From a virus, in the IMG/VR virus record IMGVR_UViG_3300037628_000326, positions 4,645-68,644 of that record: a stretch of 64,000 bases of DNA; one strand, 5' to 3'. The notes under the pieces were generated by a model. That model saw only the letters and a list, made by a program, of their open reading frames with translations. It did not search any database and was not told where the DNA came from. Shown piece by piece: positions 1-8,400 of this stretch. Position 1 is the stretch's first letter; every line of letters starts with the position of its first letter. Both the position numbers and the translations under genes were made by a program.

Positions 1-92
1 CCGATGCTCCTCCTGCAAACAAGGACCCGAAGGGTGACCCCGATGATCCGGGTGCATCAGAGGAAGACTTCGATGACGATATTCCATTTTAA
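1..92 (+). CDS. ssb: 3' end of single-stranded DNA-binding protein (truncated by window edge)
   Basis: Frame from base 3 reads DAPPANKDPKGDPDDPGASEEDFDDDIPF-stop (TAA 90-92). An acidic tail ending in DDDIPF is the SSB C-terminal motif; some other phage ssDNA-handling proteins also carry it. Confidence 0.75.
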   Translation, partial: DAPPANKDPKGDPDDPGASEEDFDDDIPF

Positions 93-229
93 TGGCACGA
101 CAAACAGTCCTTGCCCTAGCGTCTACCGGTGTCGCGCCGGTACAGGGTGTGAACAAATCGTGCGCCGGCTGGGCTGGGATGAATTTCATCAGCAGACGGA
201 AAGCGGCCAAGTGTCGCGAGGTACCTTTT

Positions 230-541
230 ATGGCTGACCCGACCGATGGCCCGCTGGAATACGAGGAAGAGAAGCCGCTTGATCCGATGTTCATGGAGGT
301 GCTGCGAGAACTCTCCAACCCGAACACCATCCTGTTCACCGCGAAGGCAGGTGGACCCGGTGCACTCATGACCGCACTGGGATTCGCTACGCAAAAGATT
401 CCACCGCAATGGATCAAGATTCTGGTCAGGAAAGCGCTCATCGCTCCGCTGACCAAGGGCAGCAACAAGGTGGCGTGCATGGGCTGGATTCAGTATGTGC
501 TGACATACGAGGGCCAGCAGGTCCTGAATCGGGGGCGCTGA
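230..541 (+). CDS. Hypothetical protein (possible winged-helix)
   Basis: Start MADPTDG after GAGG; tightly packed with neighbours. Confidence 0.5.
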   Translation: MADPTDGPLEYEEEKPLDPMFMEVLRELSNPNTILFTAKAGGPGALMTALGFATQKIPPQWIKILVRKALIAPLTKGSNKVACMGWIQYVLTYEGQQVLNRGR

Positions 542-765
542 TGGAACTACTTATCCGACCTATAGCAAGCAGCAGGGAGAGCGCCGAGTCCTACCGACCA
601 CCGGCTGCCTGGGTAACAGAAGCCGAGGACGACTTGCGTTGGCACTTTACAAGCCACCACCTGGTCATCGCGATCGCTAATCAGTGGCGCGCTTACGAGT
701 TGCGCATCACACGAGAAGAGGCCGAACAATTGATCAAGGAGATTAAGACGGCATGGGAACTGTAG
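541..765 (+). CDS. Hypothetical protein
   Basis: TGATG stop/start overlap, MELLIRP... Confidence 0.5.
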   Translation: MELLIRPIASSRESAESYRPPAAWVTEAEDDLRWHFTSHHLVIAIANQWRAYELRITREEAEQLIKEIKTAWEL

Positions 766-1103
766 TCGACGAGCTATTCGCCTTTATCACCACGGGCGAC
801 ACCGGAGACGAGGGCGTGATCGCTGTGGAACTGGTCGGCAGCGACTCGGTGATGCCGCTGGTTGCGGCCGACCTGGAGCGCATACATCAGATGATTCCCT
901 TCGCTGAGGCGATCCGCCAGCAGACCGGACACGAATACAAGCTGAAACATTTCACGCTACTTGGAGAGGTGAGCGATGAATACCTCAAGCAATTTGCAGA
1001 GCCACCCGAACCTGCCGACGATGATCCAGGGCCAGAGAGTGATGACAAACGACTGCCTGACGATTCGCGGAAAGGAAACGGAAGTGGAGAGGACGTTTCA
1101 TGA
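753..1103 (+). CDS. Hypothetical acidic protein
   Basis: 116-aa ORF with plausible composition, coupled to the upstream gene. Confidence 0.55.
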   Translation: MGTVVDELFAFITTGDTGDEGVIAVELVGSDSVMPLVAADLERIHQMIPFAEAIRQQTGHEYKLKHFTLLGEVSDEYLKQFAEPPEPADDDPGPESDDKRLPDDSRKGNGSGEDVS

Positions 1104-1278
1104 TCGCTGGTTCAGCTGGCCGTGGCGACCATGGGTCAAGACCTGGATGTACGCGCCGCAGATTCCGGATCCACGCATCTACAAGATGTCAGACATGCTC
1201 GATGGCCAGGTGTGGCTGATGCATTCGGAGACGCTGAAAGACTTGGTCACAATCCTGGAGGCCTGCAACGATGGCTGA
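1021..1278 (+). CDS. Phage hypothetical protein (RWFSWPWRPWVKT motif)
   Basis: Trp-rich motif typical of small phage proteins; overlaps the 3' end of the previous ORF. Confidence 0.5.
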   Translation: MIQGQRVMTNDCLTIRGKETEVERTFHDRWFSWPWRPWVKTWMYAPQIPDPRIYKMSDMLDGQVWLMHSETLKDLVTILEACNDG

Positions 1279-1409
1279 TTCGTGCCCCGGCGCTGACGGG
1301 CTTATGTGTGTTGACGGGTGGCTGTACTCACAGGTCCGCATGATGATTTTCCCGGCCAATAAACGCTGCCCGATCTGTAATGCGCCGGCAGAAAAAGAGG
1401 ACACAAAAG

Positions 1410-1595
1410 ATGGCTGACGATGACGAGGTCGCCCTCGAGGGAATCCTGAAGCAGGTGATCATGGACCACCGGGACGACGAGATCGATGGCGTCCTAGTAT
1501 TCGTGTTCGTAGACGGCGAGGCCAGCGTCTACAACTCCGGCGTCAAGCAAGAGATCGTCGACCAGCTGGCCGATATCCTGGCCGTGCATCACTGA
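1410..1595 (+). CDS. Hypothetical protein
   Basis: MADDDEV... after GAGGA RBS. Confidence 0.55.
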   Translation: MADDDEVALEGILKQVIMDHRDDEIDGVLVFVFVDGEASVYNSGVKQEIVDQLADILAVHH

Positions 1596-1604
1596 GGAAT
1601 AAAA

Positions 1605-2177
1605 ATGAAAGCAATCATCTACGACTGCGAAATCAAGAACGCGATACCCGACAAGAACGAACCGCTCCGGCCGAACATTCATTACTGCAAGGGCTGGACT
1701 GATCACCTGGGCATGGGCATCTCGGTGATCGGCGTGTTCGATTATCACGTTGGCCAGTACAGAATTTTTTGCGAGGACAACCTGAACGACTTCGCAGCCC
1801 TGGTCGACGACTCCGACCTGATCATCGGCTTTAATCAGATCCACTTCGACAACAAACTGATCGCTGCCCACGGCATCGACTTCGATCCCCGGAAGAACTG
1901 GGACCTATACGTCGAGGCGAAGAAGGCTGCTGGCGCCGGCAAGTACGACAAGGGCTACAAGCTCGACGACTTTGTCCGGGTCAACTTCAAGGTCACCAAG
2001 AAGCAGAGCGGCGGCCTGGCCCCCATCCTGTGGCAGCAGGGCAAGATGGGGCAGGTGATTGACTACTGCCTGACCGACATCTGGCTGACCAAGAAGTGCA
2101 TCGATCTGATCGTGGATACCGGGGCCATCATGGATCCGAGAACTGGTCGCCGGTTATCGTTAAGTATACCCTTGTAG
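1605..2177 (+). CDS. RNase H-like / DnaQ-family 3'-5' exonuclease (YprB/RNase_H_2-like)
   Basis: DEDD motifs: IIYDCEIK (ExoI), IIGFNQIHFD (ExoII), YKLDD, DYCLTDI (ExoIII). Confidence 0.85.
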   Translation: MKAIIYDCEIKNAIPDKNEPLRPNIHYCKGWTDHLGMGISVIGVFDYHVGQYRIFCEDNLNDFAALVDDSDLIIGFNQIHFDNKLIAAHGIDFDPRKNWDLYVEAKKAAGAGKYDKGYKLDDFVRVNFKVTKKQSGGLAPILWQQGKMGQVIDYCLTDIWLTKKCIDLIVDTGAIMDPRTGRRLSLSIPL

Positions 2178-2200
2178 ATGTAGTGATGCTGTGGTAAAAA
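2172..2200 (+). promoter_or_regulatory. Putative sigma70-like promoter
   Basis: TTGTAG-17 bp-TAAAAA with extended -10 TG; spacer closely resembles that of the promoter at 55482. Confidence 0.4.
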
Positions 2201-2302
2201 GGGACTGTAAATCATTGGGATAGGGGTTGGCAACGGCCTGTTAATCGCGCTGTTCCCCGAAAGCCATTCCCAATGACCTATTGTAAATTTGAGGGTAACG
2301 AC

Positions 2303-2776
2303 ATGATCAGAAAATTCACGCTCCTGGCAATCTACCTGGCCTTGGGATTCGCTGCAGTTGAAGCGGATCAGGGCCGTCCCCCAGTCACCCCAGTTCTGGG
2401 CTTCGCCGGCTACGAGTACGGCTCCGGCATCAATGGCATCGCCAACGACATGAAGTCCGAGGGCTACACGCTCATCGACAGCACCGACTCAGCGCTGTGG
2501 TATAGCTCCACATTCTTGGGGATCGACTGCGAACTCGGCTACATCTTCTCCAGCAATAGGCTGGTCGGCGGCTCCTTCATTCTGAAGTCAGCCACCGAGA
2601 GAGACTTCGCCATGGTTAGCAACCATCTCAACCGAACCTACGAGGTCACATCATCCATCCAAATCAAAGAGGATGGCGTTGTCGTCGCAACTATCGATGC
2701 ACCAGATAGCGCGATCACGCATATGCTGAACCTAAATCAGAACACCCACGAGGTCACCTATATCCGTGAGGAATAA
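2303..2776 (+). CDS. Secreted/periplasmic hypothetical protein
   Basis: MIRKFTLLAIYLALGFAAVEA-D: Sec signal peptide with AxA-like cleavage site. Confidence 0.65.
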   Translation: MIRKFTLLAIYLALGFAAVEADQGRPPVTPVLGFAGYEYGSGINGIANDMKSEGYTLIDSTDSALWYSSTFLGIDCELGYIFSSNRLVGGSFILKSATERDFAMVSNHLNRTYEVTSSIQIKEDGVVVATIDAPDSAITHMLNLNQNTHEVTYIREE

Positions 2777-2777
2777 C

Positions 2778-3020
2778 ATGAGCGAGAAGAAAGAGATCAA
2801 CTGGAAGGGCAAGCCACCACCGCCAGACAGCCGTGGTAAATACTCGCCGTATCCATTCAGAAGTTGGGATGTCGGTGACACTGAGGCATTCCCGATAGAT
2901 GAATGGGACGCAGTCAGAAATGCTGTCGGCAACCTGAACCGAAACAAGAAGTGGCGCTTCCGATACGCCACGGTAGAAGAGCGAGGTCGTCAGCGTGTCC
3001 GAGTCTGGCGAGTCGAATAA
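2778..3020 (+). CDS. Small basic, probably DNA-binding phage protein
   Basis: KYSPYPF...DVGD...VRVWRVE motif common in small phage regulators; GAGG RBS. Confidence 0.6.
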   Translation: MSEKKEINWKGKPPPPDSRGKYSPYPFRSWDVGDTEAFPIDEWDAVRNAVGNLNRNKKWRFRYATVEERGRQRVRVWRVE

Positions 3021-3038
3021 CTAAAAACGGAGAGCGAT

Positions 3039-3560
3039 ATGCAATTCAATGTCAGCCGCATCAGTGCGGAGTTTGGAATTATCAATGTACGGAAAGAACG
3101 CCGAGGCAAAGACGAGACGGTCGAGGCCGAGGATATCCCATTCAAAATTCTTGGAGGTCCCGAGGTTCTGGACATGCTGTTTCCCCACGAGGTAGACGAG
3201 GAGGCGCTCGCCAAGGTGCTGTTCAGTGAGCAGGGGCATGTCACCATCCCCACCCTGAAACTCGTCTCCAAGCGCAAACCAGAAGGCCTGACCATCAAAA
3301 TCTATGACGGCCCAAAGGACCAGCACATCGAACTCAAGGGCTGCCGGCTCACGCCACCTGAAGTGGAGATCGGTACGCCATACCAGGTGACATTGAACGC
3401 CAAGATTCAGATCGCCGAGCCGACCGACGACACCATGAACCGGCTGCGCCGGCTGATGGACGAGACAGCAGAGATTGAAATCGAATCAGAGAACAGGGAC
3501 TTGTTCGACGGCACACCAGACGACGAGATGGACGTCGATGTCGATGCCGATGGAGATTAA
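3039..3560 (+). CDS. Hypothetical protein with acidic tail
   Basis: 173-aa ORF with GGAG RBS. Confidence 0.65.
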   Translation: MQFNVSRISAEFGIINVRKERRGKDETVEAEDIPFKILGGPEVLDMLFPHEVDEEALAKVLFSEQGHVTIPTLKLVSKRKPEGLTIKIYDGPKDQHIELKGCRLTPPEVEIGTPYQVTLNAKIQIAEPTDDTMNRLRRLMDETAEIEIESENRDLFDGTPDDEMDVDVDADGD

Positions 3561-3789
3561 GCAGGTCATTAGGCGCCAGTACCTTGTGACCTTTGAAGAG
3601 GAGGAAGCCCAGTGCATTCGGAGCTACCTCGATGGTTTACAGGAGAGTGATTACGATCAACCGTTCAAACGGAACCGGGTGGAAGCTCGGGAAGAGCAGC
3701 AGGCAATCAAGTCAGCGCTGAGCAATCTTAAGGAAGCGCTTCGACTGGCCCCCGTTGCTCATTCAGAGTCCGACACTCGGCATTCGTGA
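3550..3789 (+). CDS. Hypothetical protein
   Basis: MEIKQVIRR...; converges on the end of the lysis cassette. Confidence 0.5.
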   Translation: MEIKQVIRRQYLVTFEEEEAQCIRSYLDGLQESDYDQPFKRNRVEAREEQQAIKSALSNLKEALRLAPVAHSESDTRHS

Positions 3790-4039
3790 CCCACTCTTTC
3801 TCCAGTGTGATCGCCAGCCCTTCGGCCCAATCGTCAAGTTGCCCCACGGGTAACCTGCCCTCTGACGAGAAAGGCTGTGGGGGCTGGTGATCCTTAAAGC
3901 ACCTCTCCGGCAGCGGCACCCGCACCCCCACCTTCACTTCCCTGATCTCCGTCTCCACCAAGGGAGGCGGCGCGGAAGCGCAACTCGTTAGCCCAGTCAG
4001 GGCAAATGGCATCCATATCAAGATCGCGAAGCTCCGCAC
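3728..4039 (-). CDS. o-spanin (Rz1-like lipoprotein)
   Basis: GTG start, hydrophobic stretch, lipobox LTS-C, Pro-rich body; overlaps the 3' end of the Rz-like gene in another frame. Confidence 0.7.
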   Translation of the reverse strand: MRSFAILIWMPFALTGLTSCASAPPPLVETEIREVKVGVRVPLPERCFKDHQPPQPFSSEGRLPVGQLDDWAEGLAITLEKEWVTNAECRTLNEQRGPVEALP

Positions 4040-4358
4040 AGTCGGGGTCACGGAAAATCTCTTCGCGCCTGATCTCGACTTCGCGAGATCGTATTTCAAG
4101 TCGTGCATAGCGAGCCTCCAGGTTGGCTACGGTCACTTCGTTTGCGGCCTTGTCGACAGCGAACTCGTCGACGCATGCGGTGAGTTCACCATTCACCCGG
4201 TCGAAGTTCTTGATGTTGGTCTTGTTGGTCAGCGCGGCCTGGTCGAGCGCCTGCTCACTGGCACCGAGGTCTTCCTTCAGGTTCCCATTCTGGTTGAATA
4301 GAAACACGGTGATGAGGATGGAGATGCCCAGGCCGATCCCCAGACCTTGGCTAAGCAT
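3894..4358 (-). CDS. i-spanin (Rz-like)
   Basis: N-terminal TM helix, coiled-coil periplasmic region, C-terminal Cys residues; downstream of the endolysin. Confidence 0.7.
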   Translation of the reverse strand: MLSQGLGIGLGISILITVFLFNQNGNLKEDLGASEQALDQAALTNKTNIKNFDRVNGELTACVDEFAVDKAANEVTVANLEARYARLEIRSREVEIRREEIFRDPDCAELRDLDMDAICPDWANELRFRAASLGGDGDQGSEGGGAGAAAGEVL

Positions 4359-4761
4359 CTTCGCACACGCCCTTGTCGCTGATGTTCTCGTTCAGCAGGC
4401 AATCCTTTTTGTCTTCAAGCTGCCTCGCCCTGGTGACGAGGTCACCCAGCCTGGCAGTAGCGATCGGGTTCTCCCCGTTCGCTGCAATCCACAACTGAGT
4501 CTCCTGAATCTGATTGGCAACCAGCACGATCTGCTCGTTGACATCGCGAATTTCCTGCCGCTGGATGTACGAGTACAAGACCTCGGTGTTCGCCTGCACC
4601 GCATCGGCAAGCTCCGAGGCTGCCGCATCAGTGAAGAAAAACTCATCCAGGACCTCGATCGTGAAGTCCTGCGCTTTGTAAGCGCCGACTGCCACCGCAA
4701 GGATCAGTATCAGCGGTACCGTGACCTTGGTCTCACCTAGTTTCGAAACGTCAAAAGCCAT
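4351..4761 (-). CDS. Membrane-anchored lysis-region protein
   Basis: Single N-terminal TM plus coiled coil with two Cys; lies between holin and spanins. Confidence 0.55.
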   Translation of the reverse strand: MAFDVSKLGETKVTVPLILILAVAVGAYKAQDFTIEVLDEFFFTDAAASELADAVQANTEVLYSYIQRQEIRDVNEQIVLVANQIQETQLWIAANGENPIATARLGDLVTRARQLEDKKDCLLNENISDKGVCEDA

Positions 4762-4765
4762 TGGC

Positions 4766-4954
4766 TTACCCTCCGTTCTTCGCCTTCTGCCAGTCGGTCG
4801 CCGACTGTCCGGTCAGATAAGCGCCGTATAGTAACCCGAGCGCTGTCGAATATGCGCCGAAACTCTCCGGCTCTCCGCCGAAGAACCCGGCGAGCAGCGC
4901 TGCGGTAGCGACCATGAAACTTAAGAATCTTTTCCCTCGATAAACTCCGCTCAT
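4766..4954 (-). CDS. Putative holin (2 TM)
   Basis: 62 aa, basic N-terminus, two hydrophobic helices, directly after the endolysin. Confidence 0.55.
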   Translation of the reverse strand: MSGVYRGKRFLSFMVATAALLAGFFGGEPESFGAYSTALGLLYGAYLTGQSATDWQKAKNGG

Positions 4955-5412
4955 GCGTAGTCCTCCACCGTGATCCAGGCCTCGCCGCCCTCTTCAAGCT
5001 GGGCTGCGATTCTTTCGTACAGCCTCTGATAAGCGCCCACCGAAGTCGTGACCATGCCACGTTCGATTACATTCGACACCTGACCGTCGCCGACCAGGAG
5101 GCAGCCATCGGTATCGTCATCCTTGTTGCCCACATGGATGTAAATAAACTGGAAGTCCGGCACCATCTGCAGCCACAGCATCCCGCGGTGCCAGGGGAAA
5201 CGCTTCTTGTAGCGCTTGATCATGCCGCCCTCGTCGCGGAACATGATCTGGTATTTGCCCGGCGGGATTCGGGTCTCGCCCTTGATCTTCGGTTCGTTGA
5301 ACTGGTCCTCGAGTATGTAGCACAGGAACTCGGGTTCCTCGGTCACATCGAACAACGTGCCGAGGGTGGACTCCTCGCCGGATGAGATGCGTCTGTTCAG
5401 TAGCTCAAGCAT
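4951..5412 (-). CDS. Putative endolysin, DUF5675 family
   Basis: STLGTL...CYILED...GETRIPPGKY...VPDFQFIYIHVGN...DTDGCLLVG matches the DUF5675 (L,D-transpeptidase-like) signature; heads the lysis cassette. Confidence 0.8.
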   Translation of the reverse strand: MLELLNRRISSGEESTLGTLFDVTEEPEFLCYILEDQFNEPKIKGETRIPPGKYQIMFRDEGGMIKRYKKRFPWHRGMLWLQMVPDFQFIYIHVGNKDDDTDGCLLVGDGQVSNVIERGMVTTSVGAYQRLYERIAAQLEEGGEAWITVEDYA

Positions 5413-8400
5413 TTAATCGCTCCACAAAGTCAGCGCCTGGATTCACCGGCAACAACCGGATCAGGTTCGCCGTCGCCGGATAGCCTGCCTTGTTGAATTG
5501 CTGGACTGCGGCCAGCCGCTGCTTACCCGGTAACTGCGGATTCATGGCAGTCTCTTCCCTGCGCTGCCGGCGCTTCTCCATGATCTGGTTGTAACGCTGG
5601 TTGAATTTGTTCATCAACTTCGTCTTCCGCAGTTCGATCTGCTCCTCCTTCTCCTTCTTCCAGTCATCGTCGCGCTTGCTTTGCCGCACTGCCTTACGCA
5701 GCGCATTCAAATCCGTGAGGCCTGTCTGCACCAGTCGCAGCGCCGTCTTTAGCGCAGCATCCGCCCGATACTGCTCGAAGATGCGTGCCCGATTCTTGAT
5801 GGCATCGGCGCGCTCTGCCTGGGTACCGGAGAGCTTGAGCTCTTCCTCGGCAACTTTGATTTCCTGAACGGCATACTCGATCTTGGTGCGGTTCTCGTAG
5901 TACCTGTTGCTCACCGCTCGCTCATCTGTAGTGCCAACGAAGCGCCTGGCAAACGGCACCTTACGCCAGTCAATCTCGCCTTCTTGGGCCATGACCCCGA
6001 GTTCAATTGAGTTGGTAACGAAGCGACCAAGGCCTCCAGTCGCGAAGTCTTCGATCAACTGGATAGTCTCGGGTGAGATGTCCAGTGGTGAGATTGGTGC
6101 CGGCCGCGCTTTCGTGCCACCACCGAGCTTGTTCAGGAACTCGGCCAGGGCGATCGCGTGCTTGGGTACGCTGCGGTAGTACTGCTGCGATTCAGGTTCC
6201 GGCGCCGGGTCGTACTTGTTCGCCTCCGGCATGACTGGACCACCGTGCCAGGCGATGTTCTCAGAGATCTGCACGAATGGCGAGAGGATCGTCGGTGAGA
6301 TTGTCTGCAGTGGCGTGGGTCCGGTGCCGATCGGGTTGAAGCTGCCGAGGGCCGCCGCAAGTATCTCGAACGTATCCTCGAGCGGTGACCATTCACGCTT
6401 GTTACCAATACCGGTGTAGTCGATGATGCCGCCGATCTTCTGCCCGAGAACGTGCAACATGTTGTAGCCATAGGGCAGCGGAATCGTAATGTAATGCTCT
6501 GTGAAATCATCCGGCGACTGGCTGCGGAAGCGCTCTGGAATCATGATGATCATGTTCCGCTCTTTCACCCAGGCTGGAATCTTGTCGTAGCGGTTCTCGC
6601 CATCGTCATCGTCGCCGGCCATGAACCGGTTGAGTATCTCAAGGGTGGCAGCAAACGCCACGATCCCGTACATGACCTTGCGAACCTTCGGTGACTTGGC
6701 CGCCTTGTACATGACCGCCATGCCCTGGATCGATGCGTTGTAGAACAGGTAGACAGCATTCAGTTGCGTGCCGATCTCACCCTTGCGGTTGAAGTTGACC
6801 GTCAGATTCTTGGCCAGCGAAGCAGACTTACGGGGACTGAGGCCAGCCGTTTTCGCATGCTTGAAGGCCGACAGGCGTACCGCATTTTCAACCGCCTGGT
6901 TCTCCGCCTCGATGAACCTGCCCAGTTTCCTGAGCATGGACCATGACATCGTGCCGGAACTCTTGTCCTGCATCTGGCGATAGAGCGATTGCTCAAGGTC
7001 CTGAACATCCTTGTAATTGTCGAGCCACCCCACCTGGCCACCGAGATCACGGTACTCCTCAAACTGCTCGCGCCAGTAGTCAGCGGACTCCGGGTCCTTG
7101 AAGCTCGGTAACTCAAGGAACCGGCGGATGCCGCGGTGCGCTTTGAAGACATCCTTCAGGATCGCCATCTTCATGTTCTGGGCATCGGTCGAGTTCAGAT
7201 TGATCATCGCTGTCTGCAGGTCACGCACCAGGTTGGAGACGATGAACTCCGGGTTGTAGCTCGTGTTGACAGCCGACAGGATTCGATTCAGCTTCAGCAG
7301 GCTGGTGAACATCCAGTTCATTTCCTGCGAGCTCAGGTTCTTCATCGAGGTCGCTATCCGCATCGCGACATCGCTCTCCTCGTTGAAGGTGATGTGGTAG
7401 TCCTTGCCCTCGATCTTCACCCGGAGGACGTTGTCCCTGAGTTTGTAAGTCGGGTCTACTGCGGTGACAACCAGGCCACTCTTCGGGTCCAGTCGCTTCT
7501 TGGTCTCGATCTGGTTGGCGGTCCAGAGGTCCGGATTTGGATTCTCCTGCACCATCTTGAGCAGCGTGCGGCCAACCTTTGCTTTCTCTGCCATGACCAC
7601 CGTCGACTGGTGCTGTGCCACGATGTTGGCCAGGATGTTAGCGGCCATTGATCGGCGCCCGAGCCGGCGCTGATTCAGTTTGCCGCCCGTGTCATAGCCC
7701 TTGCCCTTCTTCGGGAAGAACGTCGTGTTCATCGGGCCGTCTTTCCAGCCCTTGAGCGGGACGTAATGGTTGTACGCCTTCTCCCAGGCATCGATCGTTG
7801 ACTGCTCCTCGAGGCCTTCGTTGACCATGATCTCCCGGTTGCGCGCGGTCATGCTGTCAACCCGGGAAGCGATCGCCTCAAGCTGACTGATGTCGCCCTT
7901 CTCCCTGAGCGCCTCCATCGCGAAGGCCGCATCCGCATTGCTCATGCCGGACAGTGCCAGCAGACCAGGGTCTTCTTTGACCCGCTCCTGCTCGCGCTCG
8001 CGGAATGAAACATCAGCCTCTTCGATCTCGGCCTGGTAGGTGAGTTCGTAGTCGGCGCGAACGTACTTGTATTTCGATTCCAGCTGGGCGATGCGCTGGT
8101 TCTTGCGCGATTCGGCTCGCTGAATCTTCCTGACCTTGGCCGCCTCAATGCCTTCGCGCCGTTTCTTCTGCCGCTCTTTCGACCGGCGCATCTGTGACCG
8201 GTACTCGGACTCGATGACGGCCAGTCGCTGGGTATGATCGGCCTCGATCTTGTTGCGCTGCTTGGCTTTGTTCTCGTCTATCCGGATGATGCGATTCTCA
8301 AGTTTCGCCTCGGCTTTCTTCTTCACCCTGTCGCGCGCACGCCGCAGCGCGCCGGATCGGTTGATGCGATAGAGCCGGCGGTTAGCCTCAGGTGCATGCC

